From an uncultured Candidatus Rokubacteria bacterium (GTDB taxonomy: Bacteria; Methylomirabilota; Methylomirabilia; Rokubacteriales; CSP1-6): 64,000 nucleotides of DNA. The notes beneath the pieces are model-generated. The model made no database searches. It was not told the origin of the DNA and saw only the letters and a program-made list of their open reading frames with translations. Positions within the stretch are counted from its first letter, which is position 1. Each line of letters begins with the position of its first letter. The DNA lies in contig CAVVEU010000017.1 of assembly GCA_963747235.1 (NCBI GenBank), positions 94,127-158,126 of the forward strand. Reading direction: 5' to 3'. Positions 63,430 through 64,000 of the stretch are shown here, one piece after another. A program made the translations under genes and the position numbers.

Positions 63430-64000
63430 ATGACCAGGAACGCGTTCACACGGAGTGTCGTCGCCGCCTCGCTTGCCCTCCTGTGGGCAAGCCCCGGGAT
63501 GGCCCAGACGCCAGGCAGCCCCGCGCCCGCGGCCGCCCAGCCCAAGTTTCCGGCCACGAGCTTCCTGGCGCCGGCCAAGGCCACGTGGGAGAGCACTCGG
63601 ACTTTGGTTCTCGGAATCGCCGAAAGCATGCCCGAAGACAAGTACGACTTCAAACCGACTCCGGCCGTGCGAACGTTCCGGGAGGTGACCATCCATCTAA
63701 TCGGAGAGAACTACACGTTCTTCGGCAGGGTCTCCGGCGACAACCTTCCCAGCAACGCCCGCTTCGACTCCCTCAAGAGCAAAGCGGAGATCCTGAAGGC
63801 TCTCCGGGAAAGCTACGAATACGGCGCCGGAGTCTGGGCGGGGCTCACGGAGGAAAAGGCCTTGGAAATGGTGGCCGGGCGAGGCGGCCAGCCAATCCAG
63901 CGCTGGGCGGCCGTTCTCGGAGTGATCCAGGACAACATGAACCACTACGGCAACCTGGTCGTGTACCTCCGCCTCAACGGAGTCGTGCCGCCGCGCAGCG
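63430..64000 (+). CDS. DinB-family protein with signal peptide; runs off the right edge
   Basis: Manual translation MTRNAFTRSVVAASLALLWASPGMAQ..AESMPEDKYDFKPTP..HYGNLVVYLRLNGVVPP; GGAGG RBS. Confidence 0.85.
   Translation, partial: MTRNAFTRSVVAASLALLWASPGMAQTPGSPAPAAAQPKFPATSFLAPAKATWESTRTLVLGIAESMPEDKYDFKPTPAVRTFREVTIHLIGENYTFFGRVSGDNLPSNARFDSLKSKAEILKALRESYEYGAGVWAGLTEEKALEMVAGRGGQPIQRWAAVLGVIQDNMNHYGNLVVYLRLNGVVPPRS

Overview
A GC-rich bacterial chromosomal window. Its gene repertoire (ABC_sub_bind proteins, a zinc-ribbon/cyclase/AAA/TPR protein, many SDR, LLM and amidohydrolase genes) suggests Candidatus Rokubacteria/Methylomirabilota; this is inference, not a database result. Many genes carry 1-bp indels typical of long-read errors, densest at 56.9-63.3 kb, so several gene models were stitched across frames by eye. 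Most of the window is uptake and catabolism: PotABCD-like and Liv-like ABC systems, SDRs, an amidase, a class III aminotransferase, LLM oxidoreductases, a LigB + Rieske operon, hydantoinase/oxoprolinase AB, CocE and serine hydrolases. Structures the gene list does not explain: (1) hyuAB is bracketed by two host-gene duplications that flank foreign cargo (receiver domain; hicBA, hydrolase, IS1380 piece); (2) a bacillithiol-like operon with a half-size BshC-like protein, an exported PIG-L deacetylase and a Na+/solute symporter, flanked by two exported DinB proteins; (3) a duplicated IHF/sigma54 promoter-hairpin-small protein module flanking the LigB/Rieske operon; (4) a VIT1 gene with integron-cassette-like ends but no integron; (5) a GNAT/PAP2/permuted-papain lipid cluster; (6) a 24-bp bidirectional promoter and repeated leaderless-type starts. 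No rRNA, tRNA or CRISPR array was seen.
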